35,533 bases of DNA from an uncultured Bacteroidales bacterium (GCA_900317065.1 ONFK01000001.1:1-35533); one strand, 5' to 3'; shown: positions 24,643 through 33,390, counted from the stretch's first letter. Numbers and translations are program-made. Notes: a model not told the origin generated them from the sequence alone.

Positions 24643-24824
24643 GTTTACTTAATTTTTACTATATCCCTTGTTTGTTAAGTTTTATTTACTTAACTTTGTT
24701 GCCGTGTTAAGTAAGTAAACCCGCGGAGGGATACGAAAAGCCGCCGGCATCTGCCAGCAACTAATCACCAACCATCGCAAAGATACGACGGTTTTTCCTT
24801 TTCTCCAACAAAAGTTAAGTGAAC
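24643..24824. promoter_or_regulatory. Lysis-lysogeny switch: rightward promoter (TTG 24668-24670, TAACTTTG 24691-24698), leftward promoter (TATCTTTG 24785-24778), operator-like TTTACTTAA/TTAAGT motifs
   Basis: Both -7 boxes have TTG 20 nt upstream; related motifs at 24643-24652, 24685-24694, 24706-24720 and 24814-24824. Confidence 0.65.
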
Positions 24825-25052
24825 ATGTATACTATTAGAGTTACAACGAAAGGAAACACCGAAGTCGGGCCTACCTTCAAATTGGCCCGGGACAAACGGA
24901 TCCCGCTCCACCTCGACATCGAGCGCCTTGTAAACCAGTACAGGAACAAGCACATCCTCGTGGCCAACTTCGGCCCGCAGATCCTAAACGCCTATGTCAA
25001 GCTGAAGGACGGGAAGGGATGGAAGCTCATCTGTGACATGAAATTAGTTTAA
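24825..25052 (+). CDS. Hypothetical early protein (75 aa)
   Basis: First rightward ORF after the switch; no recognisable Cro HTH. Confidence 0.65.
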   Translation: MYTIRVTTKGNTEVGPTFKLARDKRIPLHLDIERLVNQYRNKHILVANFGPQILNAYVKLKDGKGWKLICDMKLV

Positions 25053-25063
25053 AGCGAATAGCC

Positions 25064-25228
25064 ATGAAGAAGAAAATCAGCGACATTCTAAGCGCCATCT
25101 GCGTGATTGCAGTATTCGCCGGGTGCGTTGAGGGCCTCGATGGAGGCCTTACCACCTGGACCCTCGTTTGCCTCGCCGCTGCCGGTCTCTCCGGGTGGGG
25201 ATCCAAAAGATTGGAGGAAAAGGCATGA
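25064..25228 (+). CDS. Small membrane protein (54 aa, MKKKISDILSAICVIAVFAGC...)
   Basis: Translated by hand; two hydrophobic segments; ATGA overlap with the next gene. Confidence 0.65.
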   Translation: MKKKISDILSAICVIAVFAGCVEGLDGGLTTWTLVCLAAAGLSGWGSKRLEEKA

Positions 25229-25542
25229 GCTATCTTGACGAAAAATACCCAATGTGGTTTGTCTATGGCGCCTACGTCGCCGCAGGCCGTCCGAAAGCGG
25301 AAGATGCCGTCATGCAATATGCAAGAAAGAAGTATCTGTATTGCTGCATCGCCGAAGAACTTCTCGAAGACGTCCAGATGGATCTGGAGCAATACTGCAT
25401 GGAAATCAGGGAAGAGAACAAACGTTTGGCCCCTGTCAAGATAGCTATCACAGATAAGCGCCATCGGGATGATGGCTTTGCTTGGCTGAAGATCGGTGCG
25501 CAGAGTCTCCAGCTCAGAAAAGTAAAAGAAACAATCGAATAG
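25225..25542 (+). CDS. Hypothetical protein (105 aa, MSYLDEKYPMW...)
   Basis: ATGA-coupled ORF in the early operon. Confidence 0.7.
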   Translation: MSYLDEKYPMWFVYGAYVAAGRPKAEDAVMQYARKKYLYCCIAEELLEDVQMDLEQYCMEIREENKRLAPVKIAITDKRHRDDGFAWLKIGAQSLQLRKVKETIE

Positions 25543-25547
25543 TAAAC

Positions 25548-25745
25548 ATGAAAGCAGAAAAAGTAACAAGAGAAGATCTCCGGGCTATCCATGTAGGAGA
25601 AACCCGTTCATTCACACTTCCCTCCTTTGCCGCATGTATGAGCGCAAGAGCGCAGGCTGCTACACTGAAGCCCTTGGAGAACCGCAGCTTCGTCACAGCC
25701 ATCGACCAAAAAACACTCACCATTCATATCACTCGGATAGCATGA
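25548..25745 (+). CDS. Small hypothetical protein, possibly DNA-binding (65 aa, MKAEKVTREDLR...)
   Basis: A-rich start context; coupled to the Xis-like gene. Confidence 0.7.
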   Translation: MKAEKVTREDLRAIHVGETRSFTLPSFAACMSARAQAATLKPLENRSFVTAIDQKTLTIHITRIA

Positions 25746-25933
25746 CCGCTGAACGACCGGACATAAGCCCACAGGGCGTATACTCGCAAGCTGAAGCGGC
25801 ACGGCTCCTCGGAGTCGAGCGCCATACCCTTGCAAGGTGGGAGAAGATTGGCCTGGAGCCTTTCACGAGGAAGGGCGTCCGTGGCAAATTCTATAAAGGC
25901 AAGGACCTTCTGCAAAGATGGAACGTCCGATAG
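25742..25933 (+). CDS. Excisionase-like MerR-type HTH protein
   Basis: YSQAEAARLLGVERHTLARWEKIG...KFYKGKDL. Confidence 0.8.
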   Translation: MTAERPDISPQGVYSQAEAARLLGVERHTLARWEKIGLEPFTRKGVRGKFYKGKDLLQRWNVR

Positions 25934-25986
25934 ACACATACCCGCTATACGGGACTATACAACACAATTCACTTTTATTCTTGCAC

Positions 25987-26021
25987 GGCTCCCGGCCGTG
26001 AGGTCCGGAGCCTTTACCTTT
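25987..26021 (+). terminator. Hairpin with GTGA (GNRA) loop and weak U-tract; candidate early terminator or attenuator
   Basis: GGCTCC-CGGCC-GTGA-GGTCC-GGAGCC followed by TTTACCTTT. Confidence 0.5.
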
Positions 26022-26045
26022 ATGATGAATTAAGAACAATTACAC

Positions 26046-26717
26046 ATGGAACAATTACAGAAGTCAGTTTTCGAGACGCTCAACGCCGTGAACTGCAACG
26101 AGCATACGGAGAAGAAGGGCCAGCTGACCTATCTCTCCTGGGCATGGGCCTGGGCCGAGGTCAAGAAGCGCTACCCTGCCGCATCCTACACCATCTATGA
26201 AGATGCCGAAGGGCGTCCCTACTTCACCGACGGACGGACCTGCTGGGTGAAGACCGGAGTCACCATCGAAGGGCTGGAACACATCGAGTACCTGCCCGTC
26301 ATGGACGCAAGGAACAACAGCATCCCCGTCGAACTGGTCACCAGCTTCGACATGAACAAGGCGATCCAGCGCTCCCTGACGAAGGCTTGCGCCCGTCACG
26401 GACTGGGCCTGTACATCTACGCCGGGGAGGATCTCCCGGATGTCGACCAGGACGAACTGCAAAAGCCCTGTGAGGCCGCGAGACGGGGGCGGACGAGGAA
26501 GACTGCAACCGCCGCAGAGAAAACCGCTCAGAAGCCCGAGGAACCCGCCGTGAAGAAGACCGTCACGGACGAAAACATCAAGCAGATCGTCGACTGGGTG
26601 TGCAAGGTGCCGGAAGGCCCGGAGCGCGACGCCAGGAAGAAGAAGGCCGAGGATAGCTACGAATGGCCGGGCAACCTGCTGGAAGCGTTCCGCACGATGG
26701 TAGACTTTACGGAGTAA
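26046..26717 (+). CDS. Sak3/DUF1071-like single-strand annealing protein
   Basis: LTYLSWAWAWAEVKK, EYLPVMD, NKAIQRSLTKACARHGLGLYIYAGEDLP. Confidence 0.9.
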   Translation: MEQLQKSVFETLNAVNCNEHTEKKGQLTYLSWAWAWAEVKKRYPAASYTIYEDAEGRPYFTDGRTCWVKTGVTIEGLEHIEYLPVMDARNNSIPVELVTSFDMNKAIQRSLTKACARHGLGLYIYAGEDLPDVDQDELQKPCEAARRGRTRKTATAAEKTAQKPEEPAVKKTVTDENIKQIVDWVCKVPEGPERDARKKKAEDSYEWPGNLLEAFRTMVDFTE

Positions 26718-26740
26718 TCACCTAAAGAATCACTTTAGAT

Positions 26741-27316
26741 ATGAAGTACAAAGACATTCAGGATGCGCTTGCCACCCTCGCAAGGCTTTCCGAACTGCTG
26801 GAGGAGCAGTACATGGAGAACGAGGGCGAAGTGACGGAGGCGACAGAAGAGATGGAGGCCCGCAAGGCCGCCATCCAGGACCTCCTGCAGAACGACGGGA
26901 TCGACTCCCTGGGCCGCTGGCTGAAGGTCCGCGAGGACGAGGCCCAGATGTGGAAGGCGGAGAAAGACGCAGCCGCCAGGGCGGAGAAGGCCGCGAAGAA
27001 CTCCATCGCATTCGTCAAGGCGAAGATCGCCGAGGTGATGAAGGCCACCGGCATGGAGAAGGCGAAGGGTACCTTCTACTCATTCACCCCTTACGTCAGC
27101 GAGAAGTCCGCCGTGAACCAGGACGAGCTGGACAAGGCCTACTTGGACATAGCCACCAGCGCCGCCCATGACGCGGGGCTCCCCGCCTACGTGGACGTAG
27201 TCCTGAAGACCAACACGAACGCCCTGAAGGAATGGGGAGCGACGGAGTTCCTGTCCACCACCACCGCGGACGCCGTCCGGTTCCAGAAGCCCCGCAAATC
27301 GAAGGAGGAGGAATAG
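26741..27316 (+). CDS. Siphovirus Gp157-like coiled-coil protein
   Basis: ENEGEVTE, long Ala/Lys/Glu helix, MKATGMEKAKGTFYSF; adjacent to the annealing protein. Confidence 0.7.
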   Translation: MKYKDIQDALATLARLSELLEEQYMENEGEVTEATEEMEARKAAIQDLLQNDGIDSLGRWLKVREDEAQMWKAEKDAAARAEKAAKNSIAFVKAKIAEVMKATGMEKAKGTFYSFTPYVSEKSAVNQDELDKAYLDIATSAAHDAGLPAYVDVVLKTNTNALKEWGATEFLSTTTADAVRFQKPRKSKEEE

Positions 27317-27318
27317 CC

Positions 27319-27420
27319 ATGACGACCGAGGAGAAATGGGTCCGGGAATGGACCGTCGAGCCTGCGTACATCACGGCCTGCTACCGCTCCGGTGTGAAGA
27401 GTGTCGATATCGGCTACTGA
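27319..27420 (+). CDS. Very small hypothetical protein (33 aa)
   Basis: Fills the gap exactly; TGATG overlap with the replication gene. Confidence 0.45.
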   Translation: MTTEEKWVREWTVEPAYITACYRSGVKSVDIGY

Positions 27421-27830
27421 TGTCAAGTTATGTCACCATACAGGACTGGATGCTGGACCTTGGACTGAATAGCAACGAACTCATGGCCTACGCGGTCATC
27501 TGTTCGTACGGACATGATGGGGAATGGTTCCAGGGCTCCGCATCCTACCTGGGCTGGTGGATGGGGTGCAAGCGCAAGCACACGATCCTCGACACCCTTG
27601 CGTCCCTGGTGGAAAAGGGCCTTGTCCAGAAGAGGGAAAGATGGTCCGGAGGGAAGAAGATGTGCGACTATAGACCGGTGCGCCGACAGGTGCGCTCAGC
27701 GCACCGCACCGGTGCGGAAACCGCACCCCATAATACTATAGATAATTCTATAAAGGATAATAATAAAGAAATTAAAAATAAAGAAAGGGTCCACCTGTCG
27801 GTGGATGAATTTATGAAAAAACACAAATGA
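27420..27830 (+). CDS. Replication initiator-like winged-helix protein (136 aa)
   Basis: YVTIQDWM...LGLNSNELMAYAVI...FQGSASYL...LASLVEKGLV; directly upstream of DnaB. Confidence 0.8.
   Translation: MSSYVTIQDWMLDLGLNSNELMAYAVICSYGHDGEWFQGSASYLGWWMGCKRKHTILDTLASLVEKGLVQKRERWSGGKKMCDYRPVRRQVRSAHRTGAETAPHNTIDNSIKDNNKEIKNKERVHLSVDEFMKKHK
27673..27790. other. Candidate replication origin inside the initiator gene
   Basis: Clustered GGTGCG/CGCACC direct and inverted repeats followed by an approximately 55-bp very AT-rich tract. Confidence 0.65.
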
Positions 27831-29209
27831 AAAAGCAGCCTATCATACCCTCGCTCGCCGACATCCCGGTCCCGGATTCGTCGATCATCGAATGGCAGGT
27901 CCTCGCGGACATCATGTCCGAGAACGGAACCATGGCTGCCGTCAGCGACATCGTCGACGAATCACACTTCACTTCCGATTTGCGCAAGACCGTCTGGAAC
28001 GAATGCGTCAGGCGATTCAATGAAGGCCAGCCCTTCGACATGCCGAACGTCGCAGTCACCGTTGGAACGGAGTTCGTGCAGTACATATTCCGGACCGACG
28101 GGATGATAGACGACCTCGGGTTCCGGTACGCCGAGGAACACGCAAGGGCGCTGCACACCGCCATCGTCAGAAGACGCTGCTACCATGCCGCCCTCTCCAT
28201 CCTCCACCTGTCGCAGGAACAGGGGACCACGGACGCATCCATCTATGCGGGGGCAGCCGAGGCTGTCGCACAGCTCGAGCCCTCCACTGTCCGCGGGGAG
28301 ATCACCATCGTAGACGCTATCAACGAACTCGCCGACGAGATCCAGAAACGGGCCGACGACGCCTCGAGCGGAAGGCCGAACCGAATCACCACCGGCATCC
28401 GGTCCATCGACGACGTGCTCTACGGAGGCATGGCCCCGGGGCAGCTGATCATCCTGGCCGCGAGACCGTCTGTCGGTAAGACCGCCCTGGCACTACACAT
28501 GCTCAAGGCATCCGCAGCACAGGGACGCAGCGCCGCCATGTTCTCCATCGAGATGACCTACGACGAGCTCACCATGAGGCTCATCGCGTCCGTCTCCGAG
28601 GAGTACGATGACGAAAATTATACAGGACTCGACAAACCGCGCCGATCCATCGTTACACCATACAAGATCGCCAACGGCTTCGACTCCCCCGACGACTGGA
28701 AACGCTTCGAGCAGGCCGCCGCACAGCTCGACAAGCTACCAATCGTCATCAACGACAACGCAAGGGACCTCCGGGACATCGTCTCGCGCATGACGGTGCT
28801 CAACAAGCAGGGCCGCTGTGACGTCGCATACATCGACTACCTCGGACTCATCAAGCAGGCGGCCGCAGATCCCAAGGCTCCGCTCTACCAGCAGATCGCC
28901 GACATCACCGGAACGCTCAAGGCCACGGCCAAGAGCCTACGTATACCCATCGTCCTCCTATGCCAGCTCAACCGCGAGGCGGCCAAAATGAGCAAAGAAC
29001 CGCAGCTGTACAATCTGCGGGACTCCGGCGCCATCGAACAGGACGCGGACATCGTCCTCATGCTCAACAACACCGAAGGCCCGAGGCTGCCGGACCTCGA
29101 GGTCTGGGTACGAAAGAACCGGCAGGGCGAAAAGGACTTCGGAGTCCTCATGCGCCCGTCAGACAACTACATGGATTTCAAGGAAATGTTCATCATTCAA
29201 AATAATTAG
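27827..29209 (+). CDS. dnaB: Replicative DNA helicase, DnaB family
   Basis: GQLIILAARPSVGKT, FSIEM, IDYLGLI, LCQLNRE, LRDSGAIEQDAD, KNRQG. Confidence 0.97.
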   Translation: MKKQPIIPSLADIPVPDSSIIEWQVLADIMSENGTMAAVSDIVDESHFTSDLRKTVWNECVRRFNEGQPFDMPNVAVTVGTEFVQYIFRTDGMIDDLGFRYAEEHARALHTAIVRRRCYHAALSILHLSQEQGTTDASIYAGAAEAVAQLEPSTVRGEITIVDAINELADEIQKRADDASSGRPNRITTGIRSIDDVLYGGMAPGQLIILAARPSVGKTALALHMLKASAAQGRSAAMFSIEMTYDELTMRLIASVSEEYDDENYTGLDKPRRSIVTPYKIANGFDSPDDWKRFEQAAAQLDKLPIVINDNARDLRDIVSRMTVLNKQGRCDVAYIDYLGLIKQAAADPKAPLYQQIADITGTLKATAKSLRIPIVLLCQLNREAAKMSKEPQLYNLRDSGAIEQDADIVLMLNNTEGPRLPDLEVWVRKNRQGEKDFGVLMRPSDNYMDFKEMFIIQNN

Positions 29210-29211
29210 AC

Positions 29212-29571
29212 ATGCTTTTCGAACTCAAGAACTGCTCGGTTGCCGAAATCCTCGACACCGTCACCGGCACATCACAGGCTGGAAACTCCTGGAGCCGCAC
29301 CACCATCATTTTCGAACAGAAGGACGGAGACTACACCGACAAGTACCCCATGATCGTCTTCGGAGAGGACAAGCTGGGGGAAGTGACCGCCCTAAAGGGC
29401 CGTACCGTCAATGTCAAGTTCGACTTGCGATCCCGCGAGTACAACGGCCGGTGGTACACCGACGTCCGCATGGTATTCGTCTCGCCGGCCGAGACTGAGG
29501 CACCGAAACCGGAATCGATACCGACCACACCGCAGCCCCAGGAAGACAATGAGTCGGATCTCCCTTTCTGA
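29212..29571 (+). CDS. DUF3127-like single-stranded DNA-binding protein
   Basis: GTSQAGNSW, VKFDLRSREYNGRWYTDV and acidic tail ending SDLPF. Confidence 0.88.
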   Translation: MLFELKNCSVAEILDTVTGTSQAGNSWSRTTIIFEQKDGDYTDKYPMIVFGEDKLGEVTALKGRTVNVKFDLRSREYNGRWYTDVRMVFVSPAETEAPKPESIPTTPQPQEDNESDLPF

Positions 29572-29980
29572 AATCCGGTTCACGGAGCGCGAAATCCGGA
29601 GAATCCTGGATGCAGCTGCCGCCGCCAGGGCGGAATGCCGGCAGGAGGCGCCGCGCAGGCTCCGGATTTCAAATCTCTGTGAACGAATATCTTTCACTGT
29701 TACGAACGCTGAAAGAAGGACAAGGAGGCAAATGAAGAATGAATGCAAACAAGATAGTGCTGACACCCAAGCAGGAGGCATACCTGGTAAAGCACTTCAA
29801 GAACACGAAGAACGATATCTTGATGGAACGGCTCGGGCTGAAGTATTCCACCTTCCATCGGATCGTCAGGCAACTGGGCCTGAAGAAGACGAAGCAGTTC
29901 ATGCGCAAAACTCAGAGCAATGCTACGGCCCTGGCCCGCAAAGCCAACAAGGCGATGGGATGGCCTCCGAAAGGCTATAA
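29549..29980 (+). CDS. Hypothetical protein (MSRISLSEIRF...); 3' part overlaps the next gene
   Basis: Fills 29571-29739, but the frame stays open about 240 nt into the next ORF. Confidence 0.45.
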   Translation: MSRISLSEIRFTEREIRRILDAAAAARAECRQEAPRRLRISNLCERISFTVTNAERRTRRQMKNECKQDSADTQAGGIPGKALQEHEERYLDGTARAEVFHLPSDRQATGPEEDEAVHAQNSEQCYGPGPQSQQGDGMASERL

Positions 29981-30326
29981 GATCCCACGTTCTGAAGAAT
30001 TTCAGATCAAGCCCGGTGAAAGAATGAAGGACAGAATCGGGACGCGCCGGTGGAACAGTGCGAGGAAGAGGGCGGCAGAAACTTGGAAGAAGACATTTGA
30101 TGTAGACAGAATCCGCTACAAATGGGGCCTGACGCAGCTGTCCAACCTCAAGGTGTCACGGCAGCCACGACAGAAGATCTGCGACCGCAGCTATCTCAAA
30201 AGGCGGGGTTACATCCTGGATGAAAAGAACCTCATCGCCTACTGGACGCCGGAAACGAGAAGGGCAAAACGGCTCGAAGTGGCACCGAGAAGATACTACA
30301 TTTTCAAATCGATTGACGATGAATGA
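29739..30326 (+). CDS. Basic hypothetical protein with N-terminal HTH-like segment
   Basis: LTPKQEAYLVKHF...NDILMERLGLKYSTFHRIVRQLGLKK. Confidence 0.75.
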   Translation: MNANKIVLTPKQEAYLVKHFKNTKNDILMERLGLKYSTFHRIVRQLGLKKTKQFMRKTQSNATALARKANKAMGWPPKGYKIPRSEEFQIKPGERMKDRIGTRRWNSARKRAAETWKKTFDVDRIRYKWGLTQLSNLKVSRQPRQKICDRSYLKRRGYILDEKNLIAYWTPETRRAKRLEVAPRRYYIFKSIDDE

Positions 30327-30702
30327 CATGGACAGAATACTCATGTCCGCCGCGAGACTCTCCACGAAAGAGAGAGTGGCGGTTGCGGAGAGGATCCTCA
30401 CACAGGGGGCGTCACGGAGGCCTTCGGCCGGCGACAGATACGTCGACCTGGTCTCGGCCGCGGAACGTGTCATCGGCACACCGCTCGACGACTCGCGCTG
30501 CCGGTCGTCCGTCATGATCAGGCGTTTTGTCGCCTTCAGGATGCACAAGGAAGGCTATCCCTACATGGACATCGCGTCCGCCATGGGAATACACCACTCA
30601 ACGGTCATTCATCACGTCCGCATCATGCAGGACTATTTCGACATGCCGCTGGTGTTCGCTGACGAACTCTACTCCTACATGCAATTCACTGACAAGCTAT
30701 GA
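30319..30702 (+). CDS. Protein with DnaA C-terminal (domain IV)-like HTH
   Basis: SRCRSSVMIRRFVAFRMHKEGYPYMDIASAMGIHHSTVIHHVR resembles the DnaA SR...R...IG...DHSTVIH signature. Confidence 0.7.
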   Translation: MNDMDRILMSAARLSTKERVAVAERILTQGASRRPSAGDRYVDLVSAAERVIGTPLDDSRCRSSVMIRRFVAFRMHKEGYPYMDIASAMGIHHSTVIHHVRIMQDYFDMPLVFADELYSYMQFTDKL

Positions 30703-30848
30703 CCTGGCACAACAGAAACCTATTCCTTTCGCCCCTTGATCCGGATTATGATGATGAATATGATCCGGAGGAGGACTACGAAAGATACTGTGAAAACCTT
30801 GAAGAAAGACACGAATATGAACGAGAAAGAAAAAGCGAAAGCCTATGA
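30699..30848 (+). CDS. Small acidic protein (49 aa)
   Basis: Translated by hand: MTWHNRNLFLSPLDPDYDDEYDPEEDYERYCENLEERHEYERERKSESL; ATGA overlap upstream. Confidence 0.55.
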   Translation: MTWHNRNLFLSPLDPDYDDEYDPEEDYERYCENLEERHEYERERKSESL

Positions 30849-31602
30849 TGAGGCACTGGAACGGGCGCGGAGAATAAAAAACGGTGAAGGCGACTGGCGT
30901 TATAGTGACCTTATTGAAATTAGCCCGGCACTTACTGAAATCTTTCCCGAACTCAAAGAGAGCGAGGACGAGAAGATAAGGCAAGGTATGATTCGTTTCC
31001 TTGAATCTGAACAAGCAGAAGGTATATTTACCCACGAAGCACGGCAGTCTTGGATCGCCTACCTCGAAAAGAAAAAAGATAATCTGAAAAACGCCGATTC
31101 TATTTCCGCAGATTGCGCGTCAAATGCAAAATACGAGGATGGATGGCATAAAGTAGGCAATTCTTTGCCAGACAATCCAAGAGAGGTTCTGTGCAAGGAC
31201 GAAGCAGGAAACTACTTTATCGGCAGATACTATGTTGGCGAAGGCTGGGAGATTTCTAACTATGATGACGAGGATAAACCTCACCATCTCAACCCGCCAG
31301 TGTCAAAGTGGATTGACTTCCCTTCCGAAAAGCAGAAAGAGCAGAAGCCAAGCATCAACATAGAACAACTGAAATCACTGATGCTCCAATACCTCCAAGA
31401 AGCAGCCAATAAAAAGGATGATTCGGATATAGAAGCAGATACGGATAAGTGGGCGAGGAAGATACTTGGATATGACTTCGAGCAGAAAGAGCAGAAGCCC
31501 GAACTCGTCCAACAACAGCCCATCACTTACACATATCCCTCGGATGCCAGCAGGGATGAGAGACTGAAAGCGGCCCTAATTGCTCTGGAGGAAAAGAAAT
31601 GA
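30817..31602 (+). CDS. Modular hypothetical protein with a DUF551-like segment and QKEQKP junction repeats
   Basis: KAYDEALERA...IFPELKESEDEKIR; WHKVGNSLP...VSKWIDFP; QKEQKP occurs twice. Confidence 0.75.
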   Translation: MNEKEKAKAYDEALERARRIKNGEGDWRYSDLIEISPALTEIFPELKESEDEKIRQGMIRFLESEQAEGIFTHEARQSWIAYLEKKKDNLKNADSISADCASNAKYEDGWHKVGNSLPDNPREVLCKDEAGNYFIGRYYVGEGWEISNYDDEDKPHHLNPPVSKWIDFPSEKQKEQKPSINIEQLKSLMLQYLQEAANKKDDSDIEADTDKWARKILGYDFEQKEQKPELVQQQPITYTYPSDASRDERLKAALIALEEKK

Positions 31603-31946
31603 CAAAAGAAGAAATACTTTCAAGGATTGAAAAACTGCAACACAGGTGGCAGTTTCATGCTGTTGAGCATAGAGAAAAGCGAAACAATAACAGCCCTTCC
31701 TATAATGCTAACGAACATGGAATAGCAATCGGTTATCTAAAAGCATTAAACACTTTTAGTGATTGGATAAGAAGGCTTGATACCGAGAAAGACCTCGCGC
31801 TGACAATCGAAGACCTGGAATTGATCCATACTTTTCTCTACGCAGTCAAAAACAACAAGCATGGAACATTCACTTTCACACGGCTCTTGGATGAGCAGTA
31901 TCAAGAAGTTCTCCGTAGATTCCACAAAAGCAAGGAGGGGAAATGA
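31599..31946 (+). CDS. Hypothetical protein (115 aa)
   Basis: ATGA-coupled ORF in the AT-richer block. Confidence 0.7.
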   Translation: MTKEEILSRIEKLQHRWQFHAVEHREKRNNNSPSYNANEHGIAIGYLKALNTFSDWIRRLDTEKDLALTIEDLELIHTFLYAVKNNKHGTFTFTRLLDEQYQEVLRRFHKSKEGK

Positions 31947-32116
31947 CACTCGCAGAATTATTAACCAATCTGATTGTCCTTGAAGGGCAGATTTCAGGAA
32001 CTCATATTCCTATCTTCAAAGACGGCAAGGAGGTCAATCTGGACTTTCATATTGTCTCCGAGGAAGGAGTTGTTAAACACATTAAAATGATTGAGAAACA
32101 GGAGGAAAAGAAATGA
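31943..32116 (+). CDS. Hypothetical protein (57 aa, MTLAELLTNLIVLEG...)
   Basis: Translated by hand; ATGA overlaps at both ends. Confidence 0.65.
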   Translation: MTLAELLTNLIVLEGQISGTHIPIFKDGKEVNLDFHIVSEEGVVKHIKMIEKQEEKK

Positions 32117-32301
32117 GCAAGAATTTATACAAAGATTACTACGATGCCATGCAAGCCCCGGATGCAGATGAATGGAAATACGAGAGGGCACAATCCATTA
32201 GCGCTAAAATAGAAAGAGTCCGTGAATACGCCTCTTGGAATGGTATTTCTGAGGAGGAGGCGATGGAGCAATTAGGAGGTCGTAACGAAATGGGGGGATA
32301 G
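32113..32301 (+). CDS. Hypothetical protein (62 aa)
   Basis: ATGA-coupled ORF. Confidence 0.65.
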   Translation: MSKNLYKDYYDAMQAPDADEWKYERAQSISAKIERVREYASWNGISEEEAMEQLGGRNEMGG

Positions 32302-32304
32302 GAA

Positions 32305-32586
32305 ATGAACCCGATAATTATAAATCTATCCATTACTTTAGAGGAGGAAATCGACGAGGCTATTTACGGAGGATTTTACTCTCATAGGCGCGTGCACAAA
32401 GGCGAGAGCGATAAGTATGCTCCGGGTGTATACGTCCAGATGGAGGAGGGCGGAAAATGGATTTCCGTTAATGACTGGCGTCACCACCGTTATATCGCCA
32501 CGGAGGAGACGATTATACGGATTGCAAAGCACTTTATCGAAATTGGAAAACACCTGAAAGAAAATGACAAAGAAGGAAATCGTTGA
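32305..32586 (+). CDS. Hypothetical protein (93 aa)
   Basis: Tightly packed ORF; C-terminal IAKHFIEIGK. Confidence 0.65.
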   Translation: MNPIIINLSITLEEEIDEAIYGGFYSHRRVHKGESDKYAPGVYVQMEEGGKWISVNDWRHHRYIATEETIIRIAKHFIEIGKHLKENDKEGNR

Positions 32587-33208
32587 GAGATACCTAAAAC
32601 ACATAGGATTCGTCCGGACGCAGGGAGATACCTTTGAGCCAGTCGTTCCCATCTTTGTGCTCGATCTGATGTACCAACTCCACAACAAGAACATCGCAGG
32701 GGTTAATTTCCGGTTCAAAGCAAAGTACCACCACGACAACTGGATGGAGGCGTATACCAAGTTCAACAACCGTTTCTTCAACGCCTTCAACATTGACGAG
32801 CAGGATGAGGTCGGGGACATGATGGAGGAATTTGAGCAGTACATGGCGTATGACCTCGACATCGCCCTCTATGCAGTGATGGCGGTATTCACAGACCTCC
32901 CCGTTGAAGATGCGCGGGTAGTGTCCTCAATCTCGCTGTGCAACACCCTTGCACACGCCGCACAAGCCTATTGGGGGAACGTGTATAGGCATATCAAGGT
33001 CGACCCCATGACGGGCAAGTACGTCCCCGGAGAACCGAGGGTGAACAACGACATCAAGGCAATCACCTATCACTCCATCCGTTTGCTGAATGTGTACTAC
33101 CGTCAGATCGGCGGGAAGAACACACAGGCGCTTGCTACGGACAATATCATCGCAACGACAGAAAATCTTATCCGCAAAACATACAAATGGCTTAAATCAA
33201 ACTCCTAA
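32564..33208 (+). CDS. Hypothetical protein (214 aa)
   Basis: Long ORF in operon orientation; no motif recognised. Confidence 0.75.
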   Translation: MTKKEIVERYLKHIGFVRTQGDTFEPVVPIFVLDLMYQLHNKNIAGVNFRFKAKYHHDNWMEAYTKFNNRFFNAFNIDEQDEVGDMMEEFEQYMAYDLDIALYAVMAVFTDLPVEDARVVSSISLCNTLAHAAQAYWGNVYRHIKVDPMTGKYVPGEPRVNNDIKAITYHSIRLLNVYYRQIGGKNTQALATDNIIATTENLIRKTYKWLKSNS

Positions 33209-33210
33209 TC

Positions 33211-33390
33211 ATGGTAGCAATCCTCATCATCATCGGAATCGCCCAGATAGTCTGGACTGTTTGGAACTATCTCAAGGCCTTGGATCTCGCAGACAATGAG
33301 GAATACCTGGACAAGTACTCCGTCCATCTGGACGAACGGGCCAACAGGCTCGCAAAGTGGGAATACGAACTAATCAACTGGGACAAATGA
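33211..33390 (+). CDS. Small protein with N-terminal TM helix (59 aa, MVAILIIIGIAQIVW...)
   Basis: Translated by hand; ATGA overlap with rusA. Confidence 0.65.
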   Translation: MVAILIIIGIAQIVWTVWNYLKALDLADNEEYLDKYSVHLDERANRLAKWEYELINWDK

